Part shown: positions 9,035 to 18,880 of the stretch, in pieces
Layout of the letters: each line of letters opens with the position of its first letter
How positions within the stretch are numbered: the first letter of the stretch is position 1
From: an uncultured delta proteobacterium
Lineage (GTDB): Bacteria; Desulfobacterota; Binatia; Binatales; Binataceae
Assembly: GCA_963765675.1 (NCBI GenBank)
Contig: CAVXXK010000003.1
Span: 512,001-576,000 of the forward strand
Reading direction: 5' to 3'
DNA: 64,000 nt
Notes under the pieces: model-generated
Told to the model about the DNA's origin: nothing
Databases searched by the model: none
The model's input: the letters and a program-made list of their open reading frames with translations, nothing else
Position numbers and translations under genes: made by a program

Positions 9035-10219
9035 ATGGATTTCAATTACACGCCTGAAGACGAAGCCTTTCGCAGCGAGTTGCGCACCTGGCTCGAAGCC
9101 AACAAAAAGTTCGCTCCCGCGCCGAGCAATATCATGGCCAACGAGGGCGAAGGCGAGTGGGAAGCGCGCGTGCGCTGGCATAAGAAGCTCAACGAGGGCG
9201 GCTGGGTGGCGGTCAATTGGCCCAAGCAGTACGGCGGACGCGGAGCCAGCGTGATGCAGCGGCTCATCTTTCGCGAGGAGCTTTCGCGCCTGGGCCTCAA
9301 CGAACCGTTCATCGGCATGGGCATCAGCCTGCTCGGCCCGACGCTGATGCATTGGGGAACCGAAGCGCAGAAACAGAATCATCTGCCGAAAATCCAGAAG
9401 GGCGAAGAAGTCTGGTGCCAAGGCTATTCCGAACCGGGCGCGGGCTCCGACCTTGCCGGATTGCAGACGCGCGCGGTCGAGGACGGCGACGACTTCGTCG
9501 TCAACGGACAGAAAGTGTGGACCTCGATGGCGCAGCATGCGGACATGATTTTCCTGCTGGTGCGCACCGATCCCTCCGCGCCGAAGCATAAGGGGATCAG
9601 CTACCTGCTGGTCGATATGCATAGCCCCGGAATCACGGTGCGTCCGCTGGTCCAAATCACCGGCGGCAAGGGGTTCAACGAAGTATTTTTCGAAGACGTG
9701 CGCGTGCCGCGCAAGAATATCGTCGGCGAGCTGAACAACGGATGGCAAGTCGCGATGACCACGCTGATGTTCGAGCGCGGCGGTGGCGGCGGCGAAAACG
9801 CGCTCGGCGAGGTTCAGGAGCTGGTCGATCTGGCCAAGCGGCTTCCGCGTAACGGCGCAACCGCGTGGGACGATTCGAGCGTGCGCCAGAAAGCGGCGGA
9901 GTTCGCGGCCGACGCCCTCGCGCTCAAGTACACCGGCTATCGCCAGTTGACGCGCCAGCTAAAGGGGATGCCGCCGGGGCCGGAAGGCTCGATGATGAAG
10001 CTGTGCAGCACCGAGCTCGGACTGCGCATCGCGCTGTTTGCGATGGAACTCCTCGGGCCGTACAGCCAGCTCGAGTTCGGCGCGCCGTTCTCGGTCGACA
10101 AGGGCAAGTGGTCATTCCGGATGTTGTCCGCGCGCGGACCGACAATCTACGCCGGCACCAATCAGATCCAGCACAACATCATCGGCGAGCGAGTGCTCGG
10201 GCTGCCGAAGGGATCGTAA
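9035..10219 (+). CDS. acyl-CoA dehydrogenase, paralog 2
   Basis: Same motif set as paralog 1; tandem duplicate. Confidence 0.95.
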   Translation: MDFNYTPEDEAFRSELRTWLEANKKFAPAPSNIMANEGEGEWEARVRWHKKLNEGGWVAVNWPKQYGGRGASVMQRLIFREELSRLGLNEPFIGMGISLLGPTLMHWGTEAQKQNHLPKIQKGEEVWCQGYSEPGAGSDLAGLQTRAVEDGDDFVVNGQKVWTSMAQHADMIFLLVRTDPSAPKHKGISYLLVDMHSPGITVRPLVQITGGKGFNEVFFEDVRVPRKNIVGELNNGWQVAMTTLMFERGGGGGENALGEVQELVDLAKRLPRNGATAWDDSSVRQKAAEFAADALALKYTGYRQLTRQLKGMPPGPEGSMMKLCSTELGLRIALFAMELLGPYSQLEFGAPFSVDKGKWSFRMLSARGPTIYAGTNQIQHNIIGERVLGLPKGS

Positions 10220-10243
10220 GCTAGTTCGATTTGAGAAGATTTC

Positions 10244-10268
10244 GGGCGGTCTTTGGACCGCCCTTTTT
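10244..10268 (+). terminator. intrinsic terminator
   Basis: GGGCGGTC-TTTG-GACCGCCC followed by TTTTT, just after the ACAD stop. Confidence 0.75.
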
Positions 10269-10309
10269 GCCGGACGCTCGGCGCAAGCGCGAAATCTTCG
10301 TTCCCTCTT

Positions 10310-11638
10310 CTACACCGCGCTGGCGAGGGAGCCAGGCGCGATCGCCGATGCGATATCGCGCGCGAGGCGCGGAGCATCTTCGACCGCGAGCGCCGCGACC
10401 GTCGCGCGGATTCCCGGCGCGGCGCGAATCCGGAAGCGCTCACCCGCACGGAGCGCCCACTTTGACGCGGCAAGCGACTGGATTGCGCCCGATTCGTCCT
10501 GCACCGGAATCCATACGTTCAAGCCCGAGCGTCCCTGCGCCTTGATTCCATGCTCCGCGAGCGCGTCGATCAACGCATGGCGGCGCTCGCTATAGGTATC
10601 GGCGGCGCGGCGGACCAGCTTCGTGATCTTCGGGTCGGACCACATCACGGCGAGCAGTTCCTGCAGCACGTGACTGACCCATCGCGGGCCGAGCCGCTGC
10701 ATCCCTTCGACGCGCGCGATTGTCAGCGCGTCTCCGGTGGCAAAGGCGATTCTCAAATCGGGACCGAGCGCTTTGGAGACCGAGCGGATAACCGCCCACC
10801 GTTCGCGCCGCGGATCGATCGCGGAAACCGCGGGCACGCCGGAGACCGCGCCGGCGAAATCGTCCTCGACGATCAGCACCTCGGGGTGGCCAGCGAGTAT
10901 CTCCGCGAGTTCGCGCGCGCGGCGGCGGTCAAACGCGGCGCCGGTAGGGTTCTGCGCGCGCGGCGTGAGGACCATCGCCTGCGCGCCCGCGCGCAGCGCA
11001 GCCGCAACCGCGGCGGGCGTGGCCCCGAACTCGTCCATCGCAATCGGCTCGGCAACGTAGCCGAGTGCTGCGATCAAATCGAGCGTGCCACTGTAGCTCG
11101 GATCCTCGACTCCGACGATATCGCCCGGGCGCAGATGGGCCGCGAGAATCCGCTCGAGCGCGTCCATCGCGCCGCTCAAGATCGCGATCGCCTTCGCGCC
11201 GATCCCGTCAGCCGCGAATTGCCGCGCCGCAATGCGCAGCAGATCGGCGCGATTCGCTTCGCCGCCATAGAGCAACTGCCCGCCTTCAATTCGCGCGAGC
11301 GCGTCCTTGAGCGACGGAAGCATCGCGGGGTCGGGGTTCCCGTTGGCGAGGTCGCGCACTCCCGCCGGCGTTGCCGGAGCCGACGGTATCGCCAGCGCGG
11401 GCCGGTGGTTGACCGCCGTGCCGCGCCTGCCGCTGCCGCGCACGAGGCCGCGCACGCGCAGAGTTTGGTAGGCGGCGGCCACGGTGGTGGGGCTGACGCC
11501 GAGGCGGTTCGCGAGCCCGCGGATGGGCGGCAAACGGTCGTTGACTTTCAGGCGTCCGGCGCGAATCGCGTCCTCGACGCTGGCGGCGATCTGGTTGCCT
11601 GATTTTCCTTTGATCTGATAATGTACTGATACGTTCAT
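10310..11638 (-). CDS. MocR/GntR family regulator (wHTH + PLP aminotransferase domain)
   Basis: LPPIRGLANRLGVSPTTVAAAY HTH; GNPD, QNPTG, EDDF, SVSKALGPDLR. Confidence 0.93.
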   Translation of the reverse strand: MNVSVHYQIKGKSGNQIAASVEDAIRAGRLKVNDRLPPIRGLANRLGVSPTTVAAAYQTLRVRGLVRGSGRRGTAVNHRPALAIPSAPATPAGVRDLANGNPDPAMLPSLKDALARIEGGQLLYGGEANRADLLRIAARQFAADGIGAKAIAILSGAMDALERILAAHLRPGDIVGVEDPSYSGTLDLIAALGYVAEPIAMDEFGATPAAVAAALRAGAQAMVLTPRAQNPTGAAFDRRRARELAEILAGHPEVLIVEDDFAGAVSGVPAVSAIDPRRERWAVIRSVSKALGPDLRIAFATGDALTIARVEGMQRLGPRWVSHVLQELLAVMWSDPKITKLVRRAADTYSERRHALIDALAEHGIKAQGRSGLNVWIPVQDESGAIQSLAASKWALRAGERFRIRAAPGIRATVAALAVEDAPRLARDIASAIAPGSLASAV

Positions 11639-11666
11639 TAGTTTGTACTGTTACATATTATACAAA
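11622..11666. promoter_or_regulatory. putative MocR operator (direct plus inverted repeats)
   Basis: TGTACTGWTAC at 11622 and 11644 (22 bp apart); TTTGTA (11642) / TACAAA (11661) inverted; sits at a 39-bp divergent gap. Confidence 0.6.
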
Positions 11667-11677
11667 GGAACCCGGAA

Positions 11678-12331
11678 ATGGAAGAGCCGCGCCGCACGCC
11701 CCGAACCACCGTCAAACGGATGGCCAAACGCGCCGCCTACGACCTCGAGGTTATCCACTCGATCCTCGACCGAGCACTGGTCTGCCACGTAGGCTTCGTC
11801 GCCGGCGGCGCTCCTTCGGTCCTGCCGACACTGCATGCGCGGATCGAGGATCGCCTGTTCCTGCACGGCTCGGCCGCAAGCCACATGCTCCGCACCGCAG
11901 CCGAAGGCGCCGAGATCTGCGTGACCGTGACTATGATTGACGGGCTGGTGCTCGCGCGCTCCGCGTTTCATCATTCGGTAAATTACCGCTCTGCCGTGAT
12001 CTTCGGCCGTGCCCAGCGGGTCGATGATCGAGAACGCAAGCTCGCCGCGATGCGCGCGCTGGTCGAGCACGTCGCACCCGGAAGATGGGCCGGCACGCGC
12101 GCACCCAACGAGAAGGAAATCAGTGGTACACTCATTTTGGAATTGCCGATCGAAGAGACCTCGGCAAAGATTCGCACCGGCGGTCCGATCGATGACGAGG
12201 CCGACTATGCTCTGCCGTTCTGGGCCGGCGTGATTCCCCTGACGCTCGCCGCATCGACCCCGATCGCCGATCCGCGGATGGACCGCTCGATTGAAATGCC
12301 GTCGGCACGTCTTCGAATACCGCACGCCTGA
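11678..12331 (+). CDS. pyridoxamine 5'-phosphate oxidase-like flavin-binding protein (probably N-terminal half of a fusion with the next GNAT)
   Basis: RAAYD, CHVGF, LHGS, DGLVLARSAFHHSVNYRS, SAKIRTGGP, WAGVIP. Confidence 0.9.
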   Translation: MEEPRRTPRTTVKRMAKRAAYDLEVIHSILDRALVCHVGFVAGGAPSVLPTLHARIEDRLFLHGSAASHMLRTAAEGAEICVTVTMIDGLVLARSAFHHSVNYRSAVIFGRAQRVDDRERKLAAMRALVEHVAPGRWAGTRAPNEKEISGTLILELPIEETSAKIRTGGPIDDEADYALPFWAGVIPLTLAASTPIADPRMDRSIEMPSARLRIPHA

Positions 12332-12368
12332 CGAGCGCGCTCTCGGTCTCGCCCACGACGGCGCGCCG

Positions 12369-12821
12369 TTGGAGCAGCGTGTCGGCGAATTTCTGATTAC
12401 AACCGACGTCTCTCGACTCGACCTTAACGTGATCCACCGGTTCCTGACCGGCAGCTATTGGGCCGCCGAGATTCCGCGCGAGGTCGTCGCGCGGGCGCTC
12501 AAGAACTCGCTCTGCTTCGGTCTCTATGACGGCGATGCGCAAATCGGTCTCGCGCGAGTGGTGACGGACTATGCGACCTTCGCGTACGTCGCCGACGTGT
12601 TCGTGCTCGAGGAGTATCGCGGACGCGGACTCTCGAAAGCCCTGATGACGGCCGTGCTCGCGCATCCTCATCTGCAAGGACTGCGGCGCTGGACGCTGGC
12701 GACGCGCGACGCGCACGGACTCTATCGCAAGTTCGGATTCGAGACGCCGCGCTTGCCCGATCGCCAGATGGAACGGGCGGACCTGGAGGTTTATCGGCGC
12801 AGATCGGCGGGCGCCAAGTAG
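12369..12821 (+). CDS. GNAT family N-acetyltransferase
   Basis: SYWA, SLCFGLY, ARVVTDYATFAYVADVFV, RGRGLSK, LATRDAHGLYRKFGF. Start uncertain (possible fusion). Confidence 0.88.
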   Translation: MEQRVGEFLITTDVSRLDLNVIHRFLTGSYWAAEIPREVVARALKNSLCFGLYDGDAQIGLARVVTDYATFAYVADVFVLEEYRGRGLSKALMTAVLAHPHLQGLRRWTLATRDAHGLYRKFGFETPRLPDRQMERADLEVYRRRSAGAK

Positions 12822-12849
12822 CCTCGTCGATTGATGGAAGGAGGAAGAA

Positions 12850-13518
12850 ATGTACATTCCGAAACCCTTCGAGATAACCGAGACGCGCACACTGCACGAA
12901 TTTATCCAGGCGCACAGCTTCGCCACGATCGTGTCGAACAGTGCGGATGACATGCTCGCTTCGCACGTTCCACTGGCGCTCAATCATGCCGGCGGCGCAA
13001 ATGCGTCGCTCGCCGGCCACTTTGCGCGCGCAAACCAGCATTGGCGCGCACTCGAGCGAAGTGGACAGTGCCTCGTGATTTTCGGCGGGCCGCATTCGTA
13101 TATCTCGCCCAGCTGGTACGCGAATTCTCCCGCGGTACCGACCTGGAACTACGCCGCGGTGCATGTGTATGGAAAGATGAGGATCATAGACGATGCCGCG
13201 TGGGTGGCCGGTCTGCTTGACCGGATGATCGCGATCTACGAAGCGCCGCAAGCGCGGCCGTGGCCCGGACTCCTGCCGGTGGAGTTCCGCGCCAAGCTCA
13301 CCGAAGCGATCGTGGGCTTCGAGATTCAGATCGATCGAATCGAGGGCAAGTTCAAGCTCGGGCAGAATCGCCCACTCGAAGATCAGCGTGGCGCCCTGCG
13401 CGAGCTCGAGCGCAGCGGCGACGCGGCGGCGCGAGAACTCGCTTCGATGGTGCGGCGGCATCTGGGAATTGCCGCTGGCGACGGTGATCATCGCGCAGAG
13501 ATCGGCACGGCGAAATGA
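12850..13518 (+). CDS. FMN-binding negative transcriptional regulator, PaiB family
   Basis: MYIPKPF, GHFARANQHW, YISPSWY, VPTWNYAAVHVYG, GKFKLGQNR. Confidence 0.92.
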   Translation: MYIPKPFEITETRTLHEFIQAHSFATIVSNSADDMLASHVPLALNHAGGANASLAGHFARANQHWRALERSGQCLVIFGGPHSYISPSWYANSPAVPTWNYAAVHVYGKMRIIDDAAWVAGLLDRMIAIYEAPQARPWPGLLPVEFRAKLTEAIVGFEIQIDRIEGKFKLGQNRPLEDQRGALRELERSGDAAARELASMVRRHLGIAAGDGDHRAEIGTAK

Positions 13519-13675
13519 CTTTTCGCGGCGGCGGCGCGCCGTCGGGCGATTTGCCGTAGCTTGCGCCGCTTTCAGCGCGAGGCTTATATAACATCCGTTA
13601 GGTCCTTAACCGGCCGACGCCGCTCGCGCGGCCAGGTTACGATTCGCTGGGACCGCGATCGGAGGTCTTCATCAG

Positions 13676-14875
13676 ATGGATTTCAAATTCAGCGCCGAGG
13701 ATGAGTCGTTCCGCCAGACACTGCGCTCGTGGCTCAAAGCCAACGCGCCCAAGCGCGAGCACAGTCCTGATGAGGACCTCGGTCCGATGAGCGAGTCGGG
13801 CGGCGACGACTGGAAGCATCGGTTGCAATGGCACAAGAAGATGCACGAGGGCGGCTGGGTCGGAATCAGTTGGCCAAAGGAATACGGCGGGCGCGGCGCA
13901 ACCATCACACAGCAGCTCATCTACAACGAGGAGATGAACAAGGCCAACACGCCGCAGCTCGTCAACGGACTCGGCATCATGTTGGTCGGTCCCACCCTGA
14001 TCCACTGGGGCACCGAAGAACAGAAGAAGCGCTACGTTCCGAAGATCCTGTCGGGCGAGGAAATCTGGTGCCAGGGCTATTCTGAGCCGGGCTCGGGCTC
14101 CGACGTCGCGTCGCTGCAGACTAAAGCCGTCGAAGAGGGTGACTACTTTATCGTCAACGGCCAGAAGGTCTGGACTTCCGACGCGCATCACGCGGATTAC
14201 TGCATCCTGCTGACCCGCACCGATCCGAGCGCGCCCAAGCACAAGGGAATCAGCTATATCATCGTCGATATGCACTCGCCCGGCGTGACCGTTCGTCCGC
14301 TGGTGCAGATCACGGGCGACGCGAATTTCAACGAAGTGTTTTTCGAGGACGTAAAAGTCCCGAAGAAAAACCTGGTCGGCGAAAAGAACCAGGGATGGCA
14401 GGTCGCGATCACCACGCTGATGTTCGAGCGGTCCGGAATCGGCGGCGGACGCGACATGCTCGGCGAGGTGAAGGATCTCGCGCATCTCGCGCGCGCGGTG
14501 CAACTGAACGGCCGCAGCGCGTGGGAGCATTCGAGCGTCCGGCAGAAGATCGGCGCATTCGCGTCGGAGGCGCTCGGGCTCAAATACACCGGCTATCGCC
14601 AACTGACGCGGCGGCTCAAGGGACTTCCGCCGGGCCCGGAAGGATCGGTGCTCAAGCTCGGCGCCAGCGAGCTTAATCTAAAGATGAACAAGTTCGCGAT
14701 GGAGTTGCTCGGGCCCTACTCGCAGATGGAGTTCAAGGCGCCGTTCGCGGTCGACAAGGGCAAGTGGTCGTACCGGATGCTGGCGTCGCGCGCACTGACT
14801 ATCGCCGGCGGCACCAGTGAGATTCAGCATAATATCATAGGCGAACGCGTTCTGGGGCTGCCCAAAGGTTATTGA
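13676..14875 (+). CDS. acyl-CoA dehydrogenase, paralog 3
   Basis: Same motif set as paralogs 1 and 2; ends IAGGTSEIQHNIIGERVLGLP. Confidence 0.95.
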   Translation: MDFKFSAEDESFRQTLRSWLKANAPKREHSPDEDLGPMSESGGDDWKHRLQWHKKMHEGGWVGISWPKEYGGRGATITQQLIYNEEMNKANTPQLVNGLGIMLVGPTLIHWGTEEQKKRYVPKILSGEEIWCQGYSEPGSGSDVASLQTKAVEEGDYFIVNGQKVWTSDAHHADYCILLTRTDPSAPKHKGISYIIVDMHSPGVTVRPLVQITGDANFNEVFFEDVKVPKKNLVGEKNQGWQVAITTLMFERSGIGGGRDMLGEVKDLAHLARAVQLNGRSAWEHSSVRQKIGAFASEALGLKYTGYRQLTRRLKGLPPGPEGSVLKLGASELNLKMNKFAMELLGPYSQMEFKAPFAVDKGKWSYRMLASRALTIAGGTSEIQHNIIGERVLGLPKGY

Positions 14876-14897
14876 ACGCGCGGGTTTGAAAAAGCGG

Positions 14898-14929
14898 AAA
14901 AAGGGCAGCCCGACCTGGCTGCCCTTTTT
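14898..14929 (+). terminator. intrinsic terminator (bidirectional-type)
   Basis: AAAAAGGGCAGCC-CGACCT-GGCTGCCCTTTTT. Confidence 0.8.
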
Positions 14930-14969
14930 GTTTGCGAAAGACGCGCACGGCGCGCAAGGAAGAGCTCCG

Positions 14970-15521
14970 ATGGAAGGAAAGCTGGTCAGGCTTCGCGGCT
15001 ACGAGAGAACCGATCTGGACGCGGTCATGAAGTGGATCAACGACGAGGAAGTGACCCAATTCCTCGGCGGCGAGATCCTGGCGCTCCCGCAATCGTCGAT
15101 CGCGGAGATGAAATTCATCGAAGCCTCGGCCGGACGTGTGCCGTCATCGGCGGACCAGTCGTTCGTTATCGAGACGCTCGCGGACCGTAAATATCTGGGC
15201 GGCGTCGCCTTCCATGCGATCAACTGGCACAACCGCGCCGCCGGAGTCGGAATTGTCATCGGCGACAAGAGCTACTGGGGCCGAGGTTACGGGAGCGACG
15301 CGATGCGCGTGCTGATGCGAATCGGATTCGACAAGCTCAATCTGCATCGCCTGTGGCTGCACGTTTACGATTTCAATCAGCGCGCGATCGCATCGTACGA
15401 GAAGTGCGGCTTCAAACGCGAGGGCGTGCTGCGCAAGGAGCGCTTCCACAAGGGAAGCTATTGCGACACGATCGTGATGGGAATTCTCGCTGACGAGTAC
15501 CGCGCGATGAATCAGCAGTAG
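14970..15521 (+). CDS. RimJ/RimL-type GNAT acetyltransferase
   Basis: GIVIGDKSYWGRGYG, LNLHRLWL, NQRAIASYEKCGFKREG; ATG at 14970. Confidence 0.9.
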   Translation: MEGKLVRLRGYERTDLDAVMKWINDEEVTQFLGGEILALPQSSIAEMKFIEASAGRVPSSADQSFVIETLADRKYLGGVAFHAINWHNRAAGVGIVIGDKSYWGRGYGSDAMRVLMRIGFDKLNLHRLWLHVYDFNQRAIASYEKCGFKREGVLRKERFHKGSYCDTIVMGILADEYRAMNQQ

Positions 15522-15527
15522 GCTGCT

Positions 15528-18500
15528 CTACTTGCCGGTGCCGGCCAGCGCCGCGGAAAGCGTGCTGCTCTTGCCGTTGCTTCGAATCGTGAAGGTGCCG
15601 GCGCGTTTTCCAACTGCCGTCGGAGCAAACGAGATCGTATATTTGCATCGCTGGTGGGCGGCGAGCGTCGAGGCGCAAGTGCTCGCGCCCACGATGATCG
15701 CGAAATCGCCGGTTACCGATGCGCTCTCGATCGCGATCGTCGCGCCGCGAGGATTGACGACCGTCAGGTTTTTGGTTTTCCCCGCGCCCGCCCGAAGTCC
15801 CTACCGCTTCCTTGCCGAAATTCAAGCGTTTCGGCGTCAAGCTTGAGCGTCGACGTTACCGGCGTAGGCGTCGCCGTCGGCGTGGGAGTTCGCGTAGCAG
15901 TTGGCGTCGGCGCCACAGTGGGTGTTGCAGTTGACGTTGTAGTCGCGGTCGGGCTCGCAGTGACCGTCGCGGTCGGCGTGGCCGTGCGTGTCGCGGTGCG
16001 CGTTGGAGTCGCGGTCGGGGGCGGTGTTCTCGTCGCCGTCGCCGTCCCGATATTGGTCGGTGTGGCCGCCGGAGTTGGCGTGGGGGTTGCCGTCGGGCTG
16101 CTGCTGACGTTGGCGCCGGCGATCTCGAAAACGCCGCGTCCAAACGTGCCGGCAAAGATCATCCCATTCTGATTCTGTTCGAGATCGAACACCGGCACCG
16201 CCGGAACCGCGCCGAGATTATACGGCGTCCAATCCGCGCCGCCGTCGATGCTTCGAAAAATACCGATATCGGTCCCGGCAAGAATCGTGTTGCCGGTGCT
16301 ATCGGTGCCATCCACCAGAATCCGGAGCACCGGAATATCGGGCAACGCGTTTGTGGGCGGCGGAATCTGGTTGAGTGGATTGCCGTCCACCTGCGCCCAC
16401 GTCACGCCGAAGTCGTGCGTCACGAAGACGTGCCCCATCTGGGTGGCTGGCGGTGAATCCCGACACGGAGAGATAGGCGGTTGCGGAATCTCCCGGATCG
16501 ATCGCAATACCGGTGGCCTGCGTGTAACGCGGCAGCACCAGCGGTGAAAGATTCGCGGTCACGTCCTTCCAGGTCGCGCCCTCGGGATTGTCTCCGGTCA
16601 CCTGCACGTTGGCGTCAGAGGTTGTCATCAGGCGAAACGGCGTCGGAGTGAAGGTTGTATCGGTTTCCATCGCGAGGGCGTATGCCTTGGTGTCGTCCGA
16701 CGGCGCGATCTCGAGATCCTCGAGCGCGCAATTCCCGTCGCCGCATCCTCCGGTCAAATCCTGCGTGGTCTCCGCCGCCCAAGTGTTGCCGCTGTCGCTC
16801 GAAACGTAAACCGAGTGCGCTCCGAACATCACCCTGCCCTGCTGCTCGGGATCGGCCGCGAGCGGAGGATAAAGCCCCGCGCCCCGGTCGCCGTTGGACG
16901 CAAGCGCCGCACGCAACGCCCGGGTCGGGCCGGCCGAGGTCCACGAGGTTCCTCCGTCGGTCGATTGCGCGATCGCGGGGCCGGCGCTCGTCGTAGCGAA
17001 GACGTGGTACGCGAGCGATGGATTGGCCGGATCGAAAATCGCGAACGCGCCGTCGAGCGTATCGACTTGCCCCCATGCTGCCGCCAGCGGCATCGAGCTG
17101 TTACCCAGCCCGGTTCCGTTGTCGGACATCCCTGCGAGCACCAGCGAGTTGTTGGTCGGATGCGGCCCCACGGATTGAACCTCCTCGGCGCCGATCGAAG
17201 AGTTCAGTCCGCTCCAGGAGCCACCGGGCGAGGCAAAATGAAACACGCCGCCGTCGTTGCCAAGATAAAAGCTGTGCGCGCTCGCCGGATCGAAGGCGAC
17301 CGCATGCTGATCGGAATGGGTTCCGCCGTTCTGTGCAAGGAAAGTCCACGCGGCGCCCGAGTTGGTCGATCGATAGATTCCAACTCCACCGAACACGACG
17401 GTAGCGCCGCTCGAGTCCGCCGGATCGATCGCAAGGGCCTGGCCAAAAATCGAGTCGGAGACATTGTCAGCCGCGGTACCGTCGAGCACCACGCCGTCGC
17501 CAAGGCTCGCGCTCGGAACGCTCTCCGCGGTCCAGGTGGCGCCACCGTCGGAGGATTTGTAGAAGCCCGCGTACTCGATTCCGTCGGCCGCGCCGAGCAT
17601 CGCATAGACGATTCCCGAATCAGCGGCGATACTCGAGCGCCCGATCGCTCCCGCGAAACCCGGGAAGGTAATCTGGCTCCAGCTCAGGCCGGAGTCTGAC
17701 GAGTGAAACACTCCGGTCCATTGCACCGCCGCATAGACGTTTGCTGGCGCCGCCGGATCGATCACCACCTGGGTGACGGGGCACGGCTGATTCGTGAAGT
17801 AGGTGCAAGTGCCGAAGGTGCCGAGCGGATACGTAAGCCAGGAATTTCCTCCGTCGGTCGACCGCCAGACTCCCATCTGGCTCCATTGCGTTTCGATCCA
17901 TCCGGCCTGCGCGCGATTGGCGCTCGATCCGTAAGTCACGGCCGCATAGATAGTCCGCGGGCTCTGCGTAGTGTCGACCGCAATACCGCCGATCGAGGCG
18001 TCGTCGAAATTAGCCGCGCCAAGCTGGCTCCACGAGCCGCCGAGGTCAGATGATACGAAAATCCCTTCGCCATAATAGGAATCGTTCGAGCCGTCGCCCT
18101 CGCCCGTCGCGACGTACAATGTAGGATTCGGCGTCGTGGTCGGGTCGAGCGCCATCGATCCGACCGACAGCGTCGGCTCCGCATCGAAGATCGGCGTGAA
18201 CGCCGCGCTCGCATTCGGACGCATCCACACTCCACCCGCCGCCGTGCCAACGAACAGCCGTCCGCTCACCGTCGGATCGGCTATAATCGCAGTCACGCGT
18301 CCGGTCGCATTCGGCAGCGGCGAGCCAATCGCGACTCCGCCGAACGTAGCGACTTCCGCGTCCACCGGCTGCGGTCCAGTAAAGCTCCAGGAGGTGGTCT
18401 GCGACAGCGCAGGAATCTCAGCGGCGTTCGCCACCTGCGCTTGCGCCATCTCTTGCTGGCGCATCATGGCGACCGCTCGCAGATATGCGCCGCGCGGCGT

Positions 18501-18695
18501 TCCGAATTGATGTCCCCGTTTCGCGGCAAGGAATTCGCGGCGTGCCTCGAGCCGGCGCGCCTTCTGATAACGTGCCGTGTCGCGGCGCGCGCCGGGCGCC
18601 GCCGCCGGCATCATCGCCGCCCCTGCCAGGAGCGCGGCGAGAATCAATCCGGCAGGCGCAAGCCGGCGCGCGCGCGATAATCGCAACGTAATCAC
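15528..18695 (-). CDS. large secreted BNR/Asp-box beta-propeller protein with Pro/Thr linker and C-terminal Ig-like (choice-of-anchor D-like) domain; three +1 frameshifts
   Basis: Signal peptide; many SxDGGxxW Asp-boxes; PTATPT linker. Reconstructed C-terminus LTPKRLNFGK...NLTVVNP...GDFAI...C...C.YTISFAPTAVGKRAGTFTI...LAGTGK. Frame switches near 16445, 15840 and 15780. Confidence 0.75.
15856..16100 (-). repeat. Pro/Thr-rich low-complexity linker (coding)
   Basis: PTATPTPTPAATPT...TATPTPVT in the 15764..16507 ORF. Confidence 0.8.
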
Positions 18696-18880
18696 GGGCC
18701 CCCTTTTGCCCTAACTACGCTGCGATCTTACCTAGTAGTCGATTATATACCTATTATAGATAGTCAGTAATACTCACTAGCTATTTACGGATAGACTAAT
18801 CTCTGTCGGTCTATATTGAGCAGCTCTGGCCCGTATCGCTTATGTTTCGGCACGTTCCGCCGGCGACATTCAAAAGCCGC

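Noticed and set aside
15654-16172. Plus-strand Val/Gly/Ala-repeat ORF
   Set aside because: Antisense shadow of the Pro/Thr linker.
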